The notes: generated by a model from the sequence alone, not told the origin. A DNA stretch of 45,781 bases from Candidatus Limnocylindrales bacterium (GCA_035264845.1 DATFPL010000140.1:1-45781); one strand, 5' to 3'. Counted from the first letter of the stretch, positions 27,643 to 36,464 are shown. Translations and numbers: made by a program.

Positions 27643-29238
27643 ATGACCGCCGATTGGGGTCCGCTCGACCACCTGACCGATCTCGCCTCTACGCTCGCCG
27701 GCGCGTGGGGCGCGCGCGCACGTGCGTCGACGACGCTCGGCCAGGAGCGCGCGATGCTCCGTCTGTTCGGCGTTCAGGGGCTCGACGTCGCGGGGCGGCC
27801 GCTCGCCGGCGAGGTCGTCGATCGCTTCGTCGCCGGGGACCAGTCGCGGCTCGGTGGCGGGATCGCCCTGCCGTTCGCGATGGCGCTCCTCGAATACGAC
27901 GTCTCGCCGCAGCAGCTCGCCCTCGACGTCGCGTCCGGGGCGATCGACCTGCGACTCGAGGCGGAGCTCCTCCGCCAGGGGGACCGGCGGCAGGTGGCGG
28001 AGGAGGAGGCACGGCGACTAGGTGCCGCCGCGATCGCGCGGATCGATGCCAACCGGACCGCGCGGCGTGAGCTCGTCGGGCTCCTCGGCGACGCGCCGCG
28101 GCCGTGGATCGGGACGACGCTCGTCGAGGCCGTCGTAGACCGCGCGGTGACAGAGGCCACCTCCCGAATCACGGACGGCATCGACGTCGTCCGCGTCGAG
28201 GTCCCTGTCGGCCGCGAGCTCGCGGTCCTGCTCACCGATGCCGGCGTCGACCTTCCCGACGTGCCATCGGTCGAGGCGATCGACCGAGAGGCAAAGCGCC
28301 GATCCGAGGACGATCACGCGCCGACAGGCAGCCAGCGTGGGCTGGCCGAGCTGCGCCACGTCCTCGACGAGGTCGCCGCGGGCCGCCGCGGGTACGTTCG
28401 CCTTGCGACCGCTTCCCCGGCCCTTGCCGCGCCCGAGCAGTCCGTCGTCGCGTCGTTCGAGCGGGTCGACCTCGTCGAAGCCGACCCGATCGCGGAGATC
28501 GTGGCGGGCAGCGTCGACCCGGATCGCGCGCTTGCCGACCACGCCTTTGCGCATCGGCTGCTGCGCCGTGCCGGGACGACCGTCGTCGTCGGCGCCGGGC
28601 CGCTCGTCGTGGCGCCGGACCTCGCCGCCGGCGTGCCATCCCATCCCGCGACCCGCGCCGGTCGCGCGCTGGCCCTCCAGCTCGTCGGCGTCGCGCTCGC
28701 GCGCGGCGATCGGATCACCGCCGATCACGTGATCGTCGGGGCCGTGCCGCCATGGCTGCTCGACGAGTCGGCACCGGCCGCGCGCGCAGCGGCCGAGGTC
28801 GCGCTTCGGCGGGTGCTCCTGCCCGACCACCCGCTCGGCTTCGACGAGCCCGTGTCACTCCCGGACCGAGCCGAGGCGTGGCCGTTCGTGCTCGCCGGCG
28901 TGCTGCCTCCCGGTCCCGCCGCGGCGCTCGTGATGCGTCGGCCGCCGCACGGCGAGATGCGGTCGCTCGTCAACGCCGGGCGCTCCGCGGTGACGGTCGG
29001 CACTGCGCTCGCGGCAGCGTTTGGCGAGCGGCGACTCGAAGGAGTCGCGCTCGAGCACGCGCGCGGCGTCGTCACCGCTGCGATCCGGACACTGGAGCAG
29101 CTCGGCGACGTCGGCTGGCGGTCCGTCCTGGGAGAGGCCCCGGGTGGCGGCGAGCCGCTCCGGATCGGCGCCGACGCGGTCGCGGAGCGCACGGAGACGT
29201 TCGACCCGCTCGCGCCGGACCTCGTGCCGATCGCCTGA
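27643..29238 (+). CDS. lysine 5,6-aminomutase alpha-subunit (KamD)-like protein, no beta subunit adjacent
   Basis: The N-terminus aligns by eye with C. sticklandii KamD as I recall it: ERAMLRLFGVQGLDV..PLAGEVVD...SPQQLALDVASGAIDL vs ERAVCRLLGIDGVDT..PLPNIVVD...TPQEIAQAISAGELDL. IDVVRVEVP matches ADVIAVIRT. Confidence 0.5.
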   Translation: MTADWGPLDHLTDLASTLAGAWGARARASTTLGQERAMLRLFGVQGLDVAGRPLAGEVVDRFVAGDQSRLGGGIALPFAMALLEYDVSPQQLALDVASGAIDLRLEAELLRQGDRRQVAEEEARRLGAAAIARIDANRTARRELVGLLGDAPRPWIGTTLVEAVVDRAVTEATSRITDGIDVVRVEVPVGRELAVLLTDAGVDLPDVPSVEAIDREAKRRSEDDHAPTGSQRGLAELRHVLDEVAAGRRGYVRLATASPALAAPEQSVVASFERVDLVEADPIAEIVAGSVDPDRALADHAFAHRLLRRAGTTVVVGAGPLVVAPDLAAGVPSHPATRAGRALALQLVGVALARGDRITADHVIVGAVPPWLLDESAPAARAAAEVALRRVLLPDHPLGFDEPVSLPDRAEAWPFVLAGVLPPGPAAALVMRRPPHGEMRSLVNAGRSAVTVGTALAAAFGERRLEGVALEHARGVVTAAIRTLEQLGDVGWRSVLGEAPGGGEPLRIGADAVAERTETFDPLAPDLVPIA

Positions 29239-29260
29239 GTCGGCGCTCGCGCCCCGAAGC

Positions 29261-29524
29261 TCAGCCCCCGGACACCGCAGGAATCACGTGCACGGTCGCG
29301 CCGCTCGGGACGGGCGTGTCGAGCGCGGCGCGCTCGCCGGCGACGTAGACGTTGATGTGCGTCCGGATCGACGGCCCGGCGTCGCACAACCGATCGCGCA
29401 TCCCGGGGACCTCGCGCTCGAGGCCGTCGATGACGTCGCGCACCGTCGCGCCATCGACGTCGACGCTGCGAGGCGTCCCGGGGAACAGCGCGATGAGCGA
29501 CCGCGGAAGCAGCACCGTTGCCAT
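29261..29524 (-). CDS. MoaD/ThiS-family ubiquitin-like protein, 87 aa, C-terminal GG
   Basis: MATVLLPRSL...VHVIPAVSGG. Internal Met of listed ORF 29261..30307. It begins 8 nt after the upstream gene's stop. Confidence 0.75.
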   Translation of the reverse strand: MATVLLPRSLIALFPGTPRSVDVDGATVRDVIDGLEREVPGMRDRLCDAGPSIRTHINVYVAGERAALDTPVPSGATVHVIPAVSGG

Positions 29525-29531
29525 CGCGCCG

Positions 29532-30605
29532 TCAGCCCGCGACCGCGGCCTCGACCGACCAGATGCCGGGCAGGTGGCCGGCGATGAGCCGCCACGTCCG
29601 TCCCTCGTCGGCGCTGCCGTACAGCTCCCCGGCGCTCGTCCCGAAGTAGACCCCCACGGGATCGCCCGCGTCGACCGCCATCGCCTCGCGGAGCACCGAC
29701 ACGTATGCATCCGTCTGCGGGAGACCCTCGCCGAAGCGCGTCCACGAGCCGCCGCCGTCGCTCGTTCGCCAGACGGCCGTGCTCGCGTCCGGCATGTAGC
29801 GGCCCCGGTCGTCGCCGTTGAGCGGGATCGTCCAGACCGTCTGCGGGTCGCGCGGATGGGCCGCCATCGGGAACCCGAACTGCGACGGAAGGCCGGGCGT
29901 GATCTCCTGCCACTCCTTGCCGCCGTTCGTGGAGCGGTAGACGCCGCAGTGATTCTGCTGGTACAGCAGCTCGCCGCCGTCCGGCGCCATGACGAGCTTG
30001 TGGACGCACTGCCCGAACTCCGGGTACTTGTCGGGGTGGAAGTCCGCCCGAACGCCGCGGTTGCGGGTCTCCCACGTCCTGCCGCCGTCGGTCGTCTCGA
30101 ACGCGCCGACCGCGGAGATGCCGACCCACAGCCGGTCCTTGTCCGACGGGTGCGGGACGATCGAGTGGAGGCACAGCCCGCCGGCGCCGGGCTGCCACTC
30201 GGGGCGGCTCGGGTGGTTGCGGAGGCCTTCGACGTGCTGCCACGTCGCGCCGTCGTCGTCGCTCCGGAACAGGCCCGCGGGCTCCACGCCGGCGTAGATC
30301 GAGCCATGCGCGGCGGTCACGTTCCAGACCGTCGGGACCTTCGGCCCGTCGTCGCCGTACGTCAGCCCCTCGCTCGAGTGGGTCCACGTCTCGCCCAGGT
30401 CGTCACTGCGCCAGACGGCAGGCCCATACCACGGGCTGCCACCGCCGGCGAGGATCGCGCCGCTCGCGGGATCCATCGTCACGTCGTGGATCGGCCAACC
30501 CTCGCAGAGCGGTCCGCGCACGGACCACGTGTCGCCGCCGCGCTCGCGCTCGATGACGAACGCGCCCTTCCGCGTGCCGACCAGCAGCACGGGTCGCTGT
30601 GCCAT
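29532..30605 (-). CDS. BNR/Asp-box repeat beta-propeller protein (sialidase-fold, function unknown)
   Basis: Repeated SxDxGxTW-type boxes: SDDLGETW, SDDDGATW, TTDGGRTW, STNGGKEW, TSDGGGSW, SADEGRTW. AGGAGGAG upstream. Confidence 0.8.
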   Translation of the reverse strand: MAQRPVLLVGTRKGAFVIERERGGDTWSVRGPLCEGWPIHDVTMDPASGAILAGGGSPWYGPAVWRSDDLGETWTHSSEGLTYGDDGPKVPTVWNVTAAHGSIYAGVEPAGLFRSDDDGATWQHVEGLRNHPSRPEWQPGAGGLCLHSIVPHPSDKDRLWVGISAVGAFETTDGGRTWETRNRGVRADFHPDKYPEFGQCVHKLVMAPDGGELLYQQNHCGVYRSTNGGKEWQEITPGLPSQFGFPMAAHPRDPQTVWTIPLNGDDRGRYMPDASTAVWRTSDGGGSWTRFGEGLPQTDAYVSVLREAMAVDAGDPVGVYFGTSAGELYGSADEGRTWRLIAGHLPGIWSVEAAVAG

Positions 30606-30822
30606 GTCGCTCCTCCTGCCCGCCCGGGCACAGTGTCGATCTGCTCGACCAAGCCTACCGCGATGAAACGAACCATCTGCCCGTTGGACGATCCGGTTCG
30701 GCGGAACTCATCGGTCGGAGCCGAACGCGAGACACCTGCAACAGGACCCGAACGCCGGCGCGGCACCTATGCACGCCGCGCCGGTACGGTGCGACCCGAC
30801 CGCGACGAAGTGGGGGAGCCAA

Positions 30823-31098
30823 ATGGCAGTCGCACGAGAGCCGAGCGTCCGCCGGACGCTGCGCGCCATCTTCGAGAGCCCGAGGGCAGCGTTCCGGGCG
30901 ACCGCCCGTCTCCGGCACGAGCTGCCCGACGTCGACGTCGCCCTCGCGCCCGACGGCGCGGACGCTGAGGGCGCGGAGCCGGCACGTGTCGTCGTCCGCG
31001 GGCGCGTTCCGTGGCGCCGCTCGCGTTCCGCGGTGAGGATCCTCTCGTCGGTCGATCCGAGCGTCCGGATCTCGTGGGAATCGCCGCGGCGCTCGTGA
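30823..31098 (+). CDS. hypothetical 91-aa Arg-rich protein
   Basis: ATG preceded by GGGGGAG at 5 nt. Reasonable GC3. No recognisable motif. Confidence 0.35.
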   Translation: MAVAREPSVRRTLRAIFESPRAAFRATARLRHELPDVDVALAPDGADAEGAEPARVVVRGRVPWRRSRSAVRILSSVDPSVRISWESPRRS

Positions 31099-31130
31099 CC
31101 GGGACTCGGTACCGCTGACGGGAAGGCGAG

Positions 31131-31206
31131 TGGAGCGGGAGACGGGATTCGAACCCGCGACATCTTGCTTGGGAAGCAAGCACTCTGCCAACTGAGTTAC
31201 TCCCGC
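31131..31206 (-). tRNA. tRNA-Gly (anticodon CCC), CCA encoded
   Basis: The reverse complement folds as a cloverleaf: acceptor GCGGGAG/CUCCCGC, D-arm ACUC-AGUUGGCA-GAGU, anticodon arm CUUGC-UUCCCAA-GCAAG, T-arm GCGGG-UUCGAAU-CCCGU, then U-CCA. Confidence 0.95.
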
Positions 31207-31302
31207 TCGGGAGAGGCCCGGATTCTACGGACGGCGCGGCGCGCGGTCAACGACGCAGCGACTCCGTGGTCACCCGGAGACCGCTCGCGAAGCTGCCCCT
31301 GC

Positions 31303-31308
31303 TATCGT
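31303..31308 (+). promoter_or_regulatory. -10-like TATCGT 7 nt before GTG 31316 (leaderless-type start of lipB)
   Basis: TATCGT-gcagggc-GTG. Confidence 0.35.
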
Positions 31309-31315
31309 GCAGGGC

Positions 31316-32083
31316 GTGATCGCGCCTCCCCGAACCACACTCGACCGAACCGCCGCCGAGACGCCCGAAACGCCCGCGCCGATCGTGGCGAGCTGGCTGG
31401 GGCGGATCGAGTACCGCGAGGCGTGGGACCTCCAGCGACGGCTCGCGGCCGCGCGCGTGGAGGCCACGATCGCCGATCAGCTGCTGCTCCTCGAGCACCC
31501 TCCGGTCCTGACACTCGGTCGCCACGCGGACGAGTCGCACGTGCGCGCGACCGCGGACGAGCTCGAACGCCGCGGGATCGAGGTCATCCGGGTCGAGCGC
31601 GGCGGCGAGGTGACGTACCACGGCCCGGGCCAGCTCGTGGCCTATCCGATCATCGCGCTCGCCGACCGCGGCGTGCTCATCCGGCCCTTCGTCCGCGCGC
31701 TCGAGGCCGCGATGCGCGATACGTGCGCGGCGCTGGGCGTCGAGGCGGCCCGTCGCGAAGGCCATCCGGGCCTGTGGTGCGATCCCGACGGCCGCGAACC
31801 GCGGAAGATCGGCGCTCTCGGCATCCGAGTCGAACGCGGCGTGACGTACCACGGGATTGCGCTGAACGTGGCCCCGAAACTCGCGGATTTCGACCTCATC
31901 GACGCATGCGGCATGCCCGGCGTCGCGTCGACATCCGTCGCCGTCGAGGCGGGGCGCCGCGACGAGCGGCCCTCGACGGATGCCGTCCGCCGAGCCGCGG
32001 ACCTGTTCGCGTCCGCTTTCGGCTCGCACCTCCCCGCCTCGATCGAGTGGTCGCCCGCGGCGTCCCTCGCCGCGAGCGCCTGA
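31316..32083 (+). CDS. lipB: octanoyltransferase (lipoyl(octanoyl) transferase)
   Basis: LLLLEHPPVLTLGR, RGGEVTYHGPGQLVAYPI, RKIGALGIRV..GVTYHGIALNV. The start could also be GTG 31307 (listed ORF). Confidence 0.88.
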   Translation: MIAPPRTTLDRTAAETPETPAPIVASWLGRIEYREAWDLQRRLAAARVEATIADQLLLLEHPPVLTLGRHADESHVRATADELERRGIEVIRVERGGEVTYHGPGQLVAYPIIALADRGVLIRPFVRALEAAMRDTCAALGVEAARREGHPGLWCDPDGREPRKIGALGIRVERGVTYHGIALNVAPKLADFDLIDACGMPGVASTSVAVEAGRRDERPSTDAVRRAADLFASAFGSHLPASIEWSPAASLAASA

Positions 32084-32084
32084 C

Positions 32085-33083
32085 ATGGCAGCCGGCCTGT
32101 TCGAGCTGCGCAAGGACCCGATCACCGGCTGGTGGGTCGCGACCGTCGTCGACCGCGAGTTCCATCGCGACCGATTCGCCCGCGCCGCAGAATCCGTCGA
32201 CGACGGCGGCGACTGCCAGAACTGCCGCCAGCCCGAGGGCGAGGGCGTGCGACTCCGGACGCTCAAGGACTTCGCGTTCCATACCATCGGGACGGACGAA
32301 GAGGCTCGTGAGCTCGACCAGGCGGTAGCGCAGGTGGCAATCGGAGAGGCGCGAGCGGCCGGGAGCTGGCGGACCATCGTCGCGCCGCCCGGGGAGCATC
32401 GGCCGCTTCACGCCGTGGGCATGGCAACCATCGAGCGGCTCGTCGACGGCGCGCGCGCCGCGCTCGCGGCCGCGAAGGACGCCGCCCAGACCGACTACGT
32501 CCAGGTCCTCCAGAACTGGGGCGGACAGGCAGGCGCGCGGACGAACCATCTCTGCCTCGACGTCTACGACCTGCCGCTGGTCCCGCACCGCATCGCCGAG
32601 GAGCTCGGCGGCGCCGCCCGGTTCGTGATCCGCGAGGGCGAGTGCCCGTGGTGCCGCCTCGTGCGCGATGAGGTCCGCCGTCCGGGCCGCCTGGTCTGGG
32701 AGGACCAGGACTCCGTGGCGTTCGCGCCGTACGCCTCGCGATCGCCGTTCGAGGTCTGGATCGTGCCCCGCCGCCACGACGCCGACTTCGCCGAGGCGAC
32801 CGCGCGGGATGTCGCGGGAACGGCGGAGGCGCTCCGGCAGGTCCTTGCGAGGCTCGCTTCATCACTCGACGGACCGCCCTACAACCTCGTCCTCCACACC
32901 GCGCCGCTCCGCGAGCGCGTCGACGCCACGTTCCACTGGCACTGGGAGGTCCATCCCCGGCTCCGTGAGATCGCCGGCCTCGAGCTCGGAACCGGATTGC
33001 CGGTCAATCCCGTCTCCCCCGAGGACGCCGTCGAGGAGTTGCTCGGGAGGACCGGCGTCGCGGTCGGAGGAGCGCCGGGCTGA
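32085..33083 (+). CDS. GalT-family (HIT superfamily branch III) protein with non-canonical active-site motif
   Basis: CxxC (DCQNC), a C-terminal FHWHWEVHPR half and overall colinearity with GalT. The HPHGQ site reads HLCLD. Confidence 0.7.
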   Translation: MAAGLFELRKDPITGWWVATVVDREFHRDRFARAAESVDDGGDCQNCRQPEGEGVRLRTLKDFAFHTIGTDEEARELDQAVAQVAIGEARAAGSWRTIVAPPGEHRPLHAVGMATIERLVDGARAALAAAKDAAQTDYVQVLQNWGGQAGARTNHLCLDVYDLPLVPHRIAEELGGAARFVIREGECPWCRLVRDEVRRPGRLVWEDQDSVAFAPYASRSPFEVWIVPRRHDADFAEATARDVAGTAEALRQVLARLASSLDGPPYNLVLHTAPLRERVDATFHWHWEVHPRLREIAGLELGTGLPVNPVSPEDAVEELLGRTGVAVGGAPG

Positions 33084-33201
33084 TGGATCGCGGTCGGCCC
33101 GTCGAGGGGCGTCACACGCCGACCTGTCGCCTCGTCCTTTGGCCACCGAGCGCGTGCGATCCGTCCTGTGCGCCTCGACCTCACCCCCGCCCGGAGGGCG
33201 A

Positions 33202-33834
33202 ATGGTCAGCCAGCTCAGCGGCGAACTCGGCGCGACGCGATCCATTCACGGTCGCCACGCCGTGAGCGGCACGTGGGACAAGGACACTGCCGGCGCCTTC
33301 GTCGAAACGCTGTTCGCCAGGCACCACGGCGAAATCTACGCCTACCTCCTTCGGATGCTCCGCGACGGTGAGCTGGCCGCGGACCTCACGCAGGACGCGT
33401 TCGTGAAGGCCTACCGCAACTACGACACCCTCGAGAAGGCGGAGAACGCGCGGGCCTGGCTGTACCAGATCGCCCACCGCGTCGCGCTCGACGAGCTTCG
33501 CCGCCGCAAGATCGTGCGATTCCTGCCGTGGACGGGTGAGTCCCGCGGCGCGGCTCCCTCAGCGGAGCACCTCGCGATGGAGCTGCGCCTCTCCGGCGAC
33601 CTCCAGCGCGCGCTCGACAAGATCCCCGAGCGCCAGCGCGCCGCGCTCCTCCTCGCCGAGCTCCACGACCTGACAGGGCTGGAGCTCGCCGCCGCGCTCG
33701 GCGTCAGCCACGTCGCGGCGCGGGCGCTCCTGACCCGGGCCCGCGAGAGCCTGCGGCAGGCGCTCGCCGCGGAACGGGCAGCCGAATTGGCGGCCGAGAC
33801 TGCGACAGCGCGGCCGATCGGCCGAGACCGATGA
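33202..33834 (+). CDS. ECF (sigma-70 family group 4) RNA polymerase sigma factor
   Basis: Region 2 (DLTQDAFVKAY, AWLYQIAHRVALDELRRR) and region 4 (ERQRAALLLAELHDLTGLELAAALGVS). GGAGGG precedes the ATG. Confidence 0.85.
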   Translation: MVSQLSGELGATRSIHGRHAVSGTWDKDTAGAFVETLFARHHGEIYAYLLRMLRDGELAADLTQDAFVKAYRNYDTLEKAENARAWLYQIAHRVALDELRRRKIVRFLPWTGESRGAAPSAEHLAMELRLSGDLQRALDKIPERQRAALLLAELHDLTGLELAAALGVSHVAARALLTRARESLRQALAAERAAELAAETATARPIGRDR

Positions 33835-35750
33835 ATCGCCGGTTCCGACGCCACCCGGCATGGCCCAGCGTGCACGAGCGCGCCCGGAGCCGCGCCGCCG
33901 AGCGCCTCGACGGCCCGATCGACCGCGAGGAGGCGAAGTGGGTCGACCTCCACCTCGAGGCGTGCCCCGACTGTCGCGGCGTCGTCGCCGACTACGAGGC
34001 GCAGCGCCTTGCCCTTCGCATCCACCGCAACCGGATGCCCGACCCGCCGCGCGACCTGTGGGCACGGACCGCGGCCGCGATCGAGCGCGAGTCGAACCGC
34101 GCGGGCGTCGGTCGGGACACGGCCGTTCCGCGGGCCGCGCGACGAAGCGCTCGGCCCGCGGCCGCGCCGCTCGGTGCCCTGTCGGCGCTCCTCGTCGTGG
34201 TCGTCGTCGTCGGCGCGACCCTGCTTTCGCAGCGCTCCATCCCGGGTCCCGCCGGGACGTCCAATCCAACGGAGGTCGCGGTCGCCAGCCCGCGCGTCAC
34301 GTTCCCGGGCGCCACGCCGTTCGCCGTCGCGGCCGGCAACGTCGACTGGCTCCGGCTTGGTGGCGACAACCAGATCGAGATCTTCGACTCGCAGGTCCAG
34401 CGCGTCTGCCCGGAACGGCAGGGCGCGGACTGCCCGCCCATCGCGGAACCGTCGCCGAAGTCACTCCGGCTTCCCGGGTCGCCCTCGTCGGTGGTCAAGT
34501 CGCCGAACGACGACGAGATCGTCGTCCGGGCCGGCAACGGCGTGTACGTCGTGCCCGGCAACGGCGTCACCGCGTCGGCGAGCCCGATCGCGAGCCCGAC
34601 GCCATCCACCGCTCCCACGCCCGTCGAGCCGTCCGTCACGCCGAGCGCGAGCCCCACGACGCCGGCCTCCTCCGCTCCGGCCAGCGCCTCCCCGACCCCG
34701 TCCATCAGTGCGACCGCAAGCACCGCGCCATCCCCGAGCGCCACGCCCGTCGACCTGCCGACCCCGACCGTCGCTCCGACGCCGAGCGTCACCGCGCTCG
34801 CGACGTCGGGCCCCACCGCGAGCCCGACGCCGATCCAGACCGCATCTGCGACGCCGGAGACGACGCCCGCGTCGCCCAGCGCACCCCCCGGCACGCAGCA
34901 GATCGCGAATGACGTCATCGTCGTCGGTGAGGCCGCGGCCTACTCTCCCGACGGCGCGTGGTTCGCGTTCTCCGCCCGCCCGGAAGACGAGTCGCAGGGC
35001 CCGGACATCTACACATGGCACGTCGGCGACGCGAAGGCCCGGCCGGTGACGACGGATCACGCGTCCGTCTTCGCGTCCTGGCGTGGCAGCCAAATTGTCG
35101 CCAGCCGGGCGGTCGCCGGTTCGGCGCCGCGGTCGCTCGTTCCCCAATCGTTCGTGCTCGATCCCGTCAGCGGCAAGGAGACGGCACTCGCATCGGCGGC
35201 CGTCTGGCGCCCGTCGGTCCATCCGCACGGCCGCCTCGCCGTGTACTGGGACGGGACGCTGTCGACCGACGCCGCGAACGCGGATCTTCGCCCCGGCGAC
35301 GGCCGTCTGGTCGTCGGGCCGTGGAGCGACTCGCTGGCGACGGTTGCGCCGTCCGGCTCGCCGAATCAGTCCCCGCCACTGTCGACCCCGGACGGCTCAA
35401 GGCTCGCGACTACGCAGCTCGCCACGGGCAAGGTCTCGGACTGGGACGCCCGCTGGGACGAGACCGGGACCAGGCTCGCCGTCTGGGTCGCCGATGGCTC
35501 GGACGCGAAGATCGGCAAGCTGACGCTCTTCTCCGTCGACCCCGAGACGGGTGTCGTCCGTGCGGAGAAGGCCCTCCACGACGTCCGCGCGCTTGCCGGG
35601 TTCTCGATCGGCAAGGGTCGGCTCGCCTGGGCGACGCCGCGCGGGCAGGACGCCAAGGGCAGCCGGGTCCAGGTCGTCGCGTGGACGAAGGATGCCGTCG
35701 GGTCGATCGAGTCGCAGGGCACCGACAGCGAAGTCGTCATCATCCGCTGA
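33831..35750 (+). CDS. anti-sigma factor: zf-HC2, one TM, Pro/Thr/Ser/Ala-rich linker, PD40/TolB-like C-terminal domain
   Basis: HLEACPDCR (H-x3-C-x2-C). TM segment LGALSALLVVVVVVGATLL. ~110-aa PTSA-rich low-complexity linker (about nt 34560-34880). YSPDGAWFAFSA PD40-type repeat. The start overlaps the sigma stop (ATGA). Confidence 0.8.
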   Translation: MNRRFRRHPAWPSVHERARSRAAERLDGPIDREEAKWVDLHLEACPDCRGVVADYEAQRLALRIHRNRMPDPPRDLWARTAAAIERESNRAGVGRDTAVPRAARRSARPAAAPLGALSALLVVVVVVGATLLSQRSIPGPAGTSNPTEVAVASPRVTFPGATPFAVAAGNVDWLRLGGDNQIEIFDSQVQRVCPERQGADCPPIAEPSPKSLRLPGSPSSVVKSPNDDEIVVRAGNGVYVVPGNGVTASASPIASPTPSTAPTPVEPSVTPSASPTTPASSAPASASPTPSISATASTAPSPSATPVDLPTPTVAPTPSVTALATSGPTASPTPIQTASATPETTPASPSAPPGTQQIANDVIVVGEAAAYSPDGAWFAFSARPEDESQGPDIYTWHVGDAKARPVTTDHASVFASWRGSQIVASRAVAGSAPRSLVPQSFVLDPVSGKETALASAAVWRPSVHPHGRLAVYWDGTLSTDAANADLRPGDGRLVVGPWSDSLATVAPSGSPNQSPPLSTPDGSRLATTQLATGKVSDWDARWDETGTRLAVWVADGSDAKIGKLTLFSVDPETGVVRAEKALHDVRALAGFSIGKGRLAWATPRGQDAKGSRVQVVAWTKDAVGSIESQGTDSEVVIIR

Positions 35751-35865
35751 CATCGGCGCGGGGGACCATCGAGCCCCGGGGGGCCGCCCCGATCGGGTGG
35801 TGATGTCGCGCAACGTGTCACGTCCCGCGTCGCACGACCACCCGCGGCGGGCAAATGCGATGGCG

Positions 35866-35871
35866 TAAGGT
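35866..35871 (+). promoter_or_regulatory. -10-like TAAGGT 6 nt before GTG 35878 (leaderless-type start)
   Basis: TAAGGT-gcggtc-GTG. Confidence 0.35.
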
Positions 35872-35877
35872 GCGGTC

Positions 35878-36426
35878 GTGCGACCCACGCGACTGCTCGC
35901 GGGCCTGGCGCTCACCGCCGCGTTCGCCGTCGCCGCGCTGCCGAGCCTGGCAGGCTCGCGCTCGCCGACCCTTCCACTCGACCCGGCCTTGTTCCAGGGT
36001 GCCACGTCGGCGCTCGCCGGCGACGCCCTCGATCCGCGGCTGCCCGACGCTGCGCTGCGGTCCGATGGCTTCATCGACCCGGACGCATCGCTCGTCGAAC
36101 CGAGGCTCGTCGCCGACGCGGCTGCGCGACCGTGGGTCGGTCCACCGCGAGCGGCCCCCGGGTTCGACCTGAAGCCGCCGCGGTACACGCTGTCAGGGTG
36201 GGCCTCGTTCTACGACAACGGGACGACCGCGATGCGGCTGCCCCGTGGCACGCTCGTCGTGATCTGCGGCACGGGCGGCTGCGTCGAGCGACGGGTGTCC
36301 GACTACGGCCCGAACGCGGCTGTGCACCCGGAGCGGATCGCGGATCTCTACCGGCCGGACTTCTTCGCCGTCTGTGGCTGTCCGTCGTTCGCGGGCACGG
36401 CGAAGGTGACCGTCAGCGTGTACTGA
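35878..36426 (+). CDS. secreted RlpA-like double-psi beta-barrel (DPBB) protein
   Basis: Signal peptide MRPTRLLAGLALTAAFAVAALPSLAG. DPBB-like GWASFYDNGTTAMRLPRGTLVVICGTGGCVERRVSDYGP...RIADLYRPDF. Confidence 0.7.
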   Translation: MRPTRLLAGLALTAAFAVAALPSLAGSRSPTLPLDPALFQGATSALAGDALDPRLPDAALRSDGFIDPDASLVEPRLVADAAARPWVGPPRAAPGFDLKPPRYTLSGWASFYDNGTTAMRLPRGTLVVICGTGGCVERRVSDYGPNAAVHPERIADLYRPDFFAVCGCPSFAGTAKVTVSVY

Positions 36427-36464
36427 CCCGGGTTCCTGGCCGGCGCTCGCGCGGGACCCTGCGC

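Noticed and set aside
31100-31320. tRNA-Gly as an integration site for a genomic island or prophage.
   Set aside because: There is no integrase, no direct repeat of the tRNA 3' end that I could find nearby, and no compositional break. The flanking genes (BNR/MoaD, lipB) look like core genes.
35751-35877. Possible c-di-AMP (ydaO-type) riboswitch upstream of the RlpA-like wall protein. GCGGGGGACCA and GGCGUAAGG resemble parts of the motif, and the gene class is a typical ydaO target in Actinobacteria.
   Set aside because: I could not find the highly conserved ..CCGA..ACAGCU.ACCUCG.. segment, and I could not fold a pseudo-two-fold structure. A -10-like TAAGGT 6 nt before the GTG suggests a leaderless transcript with no 5' UTR. 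It is only worth a cmsearch (RF00379) as a sanity check.
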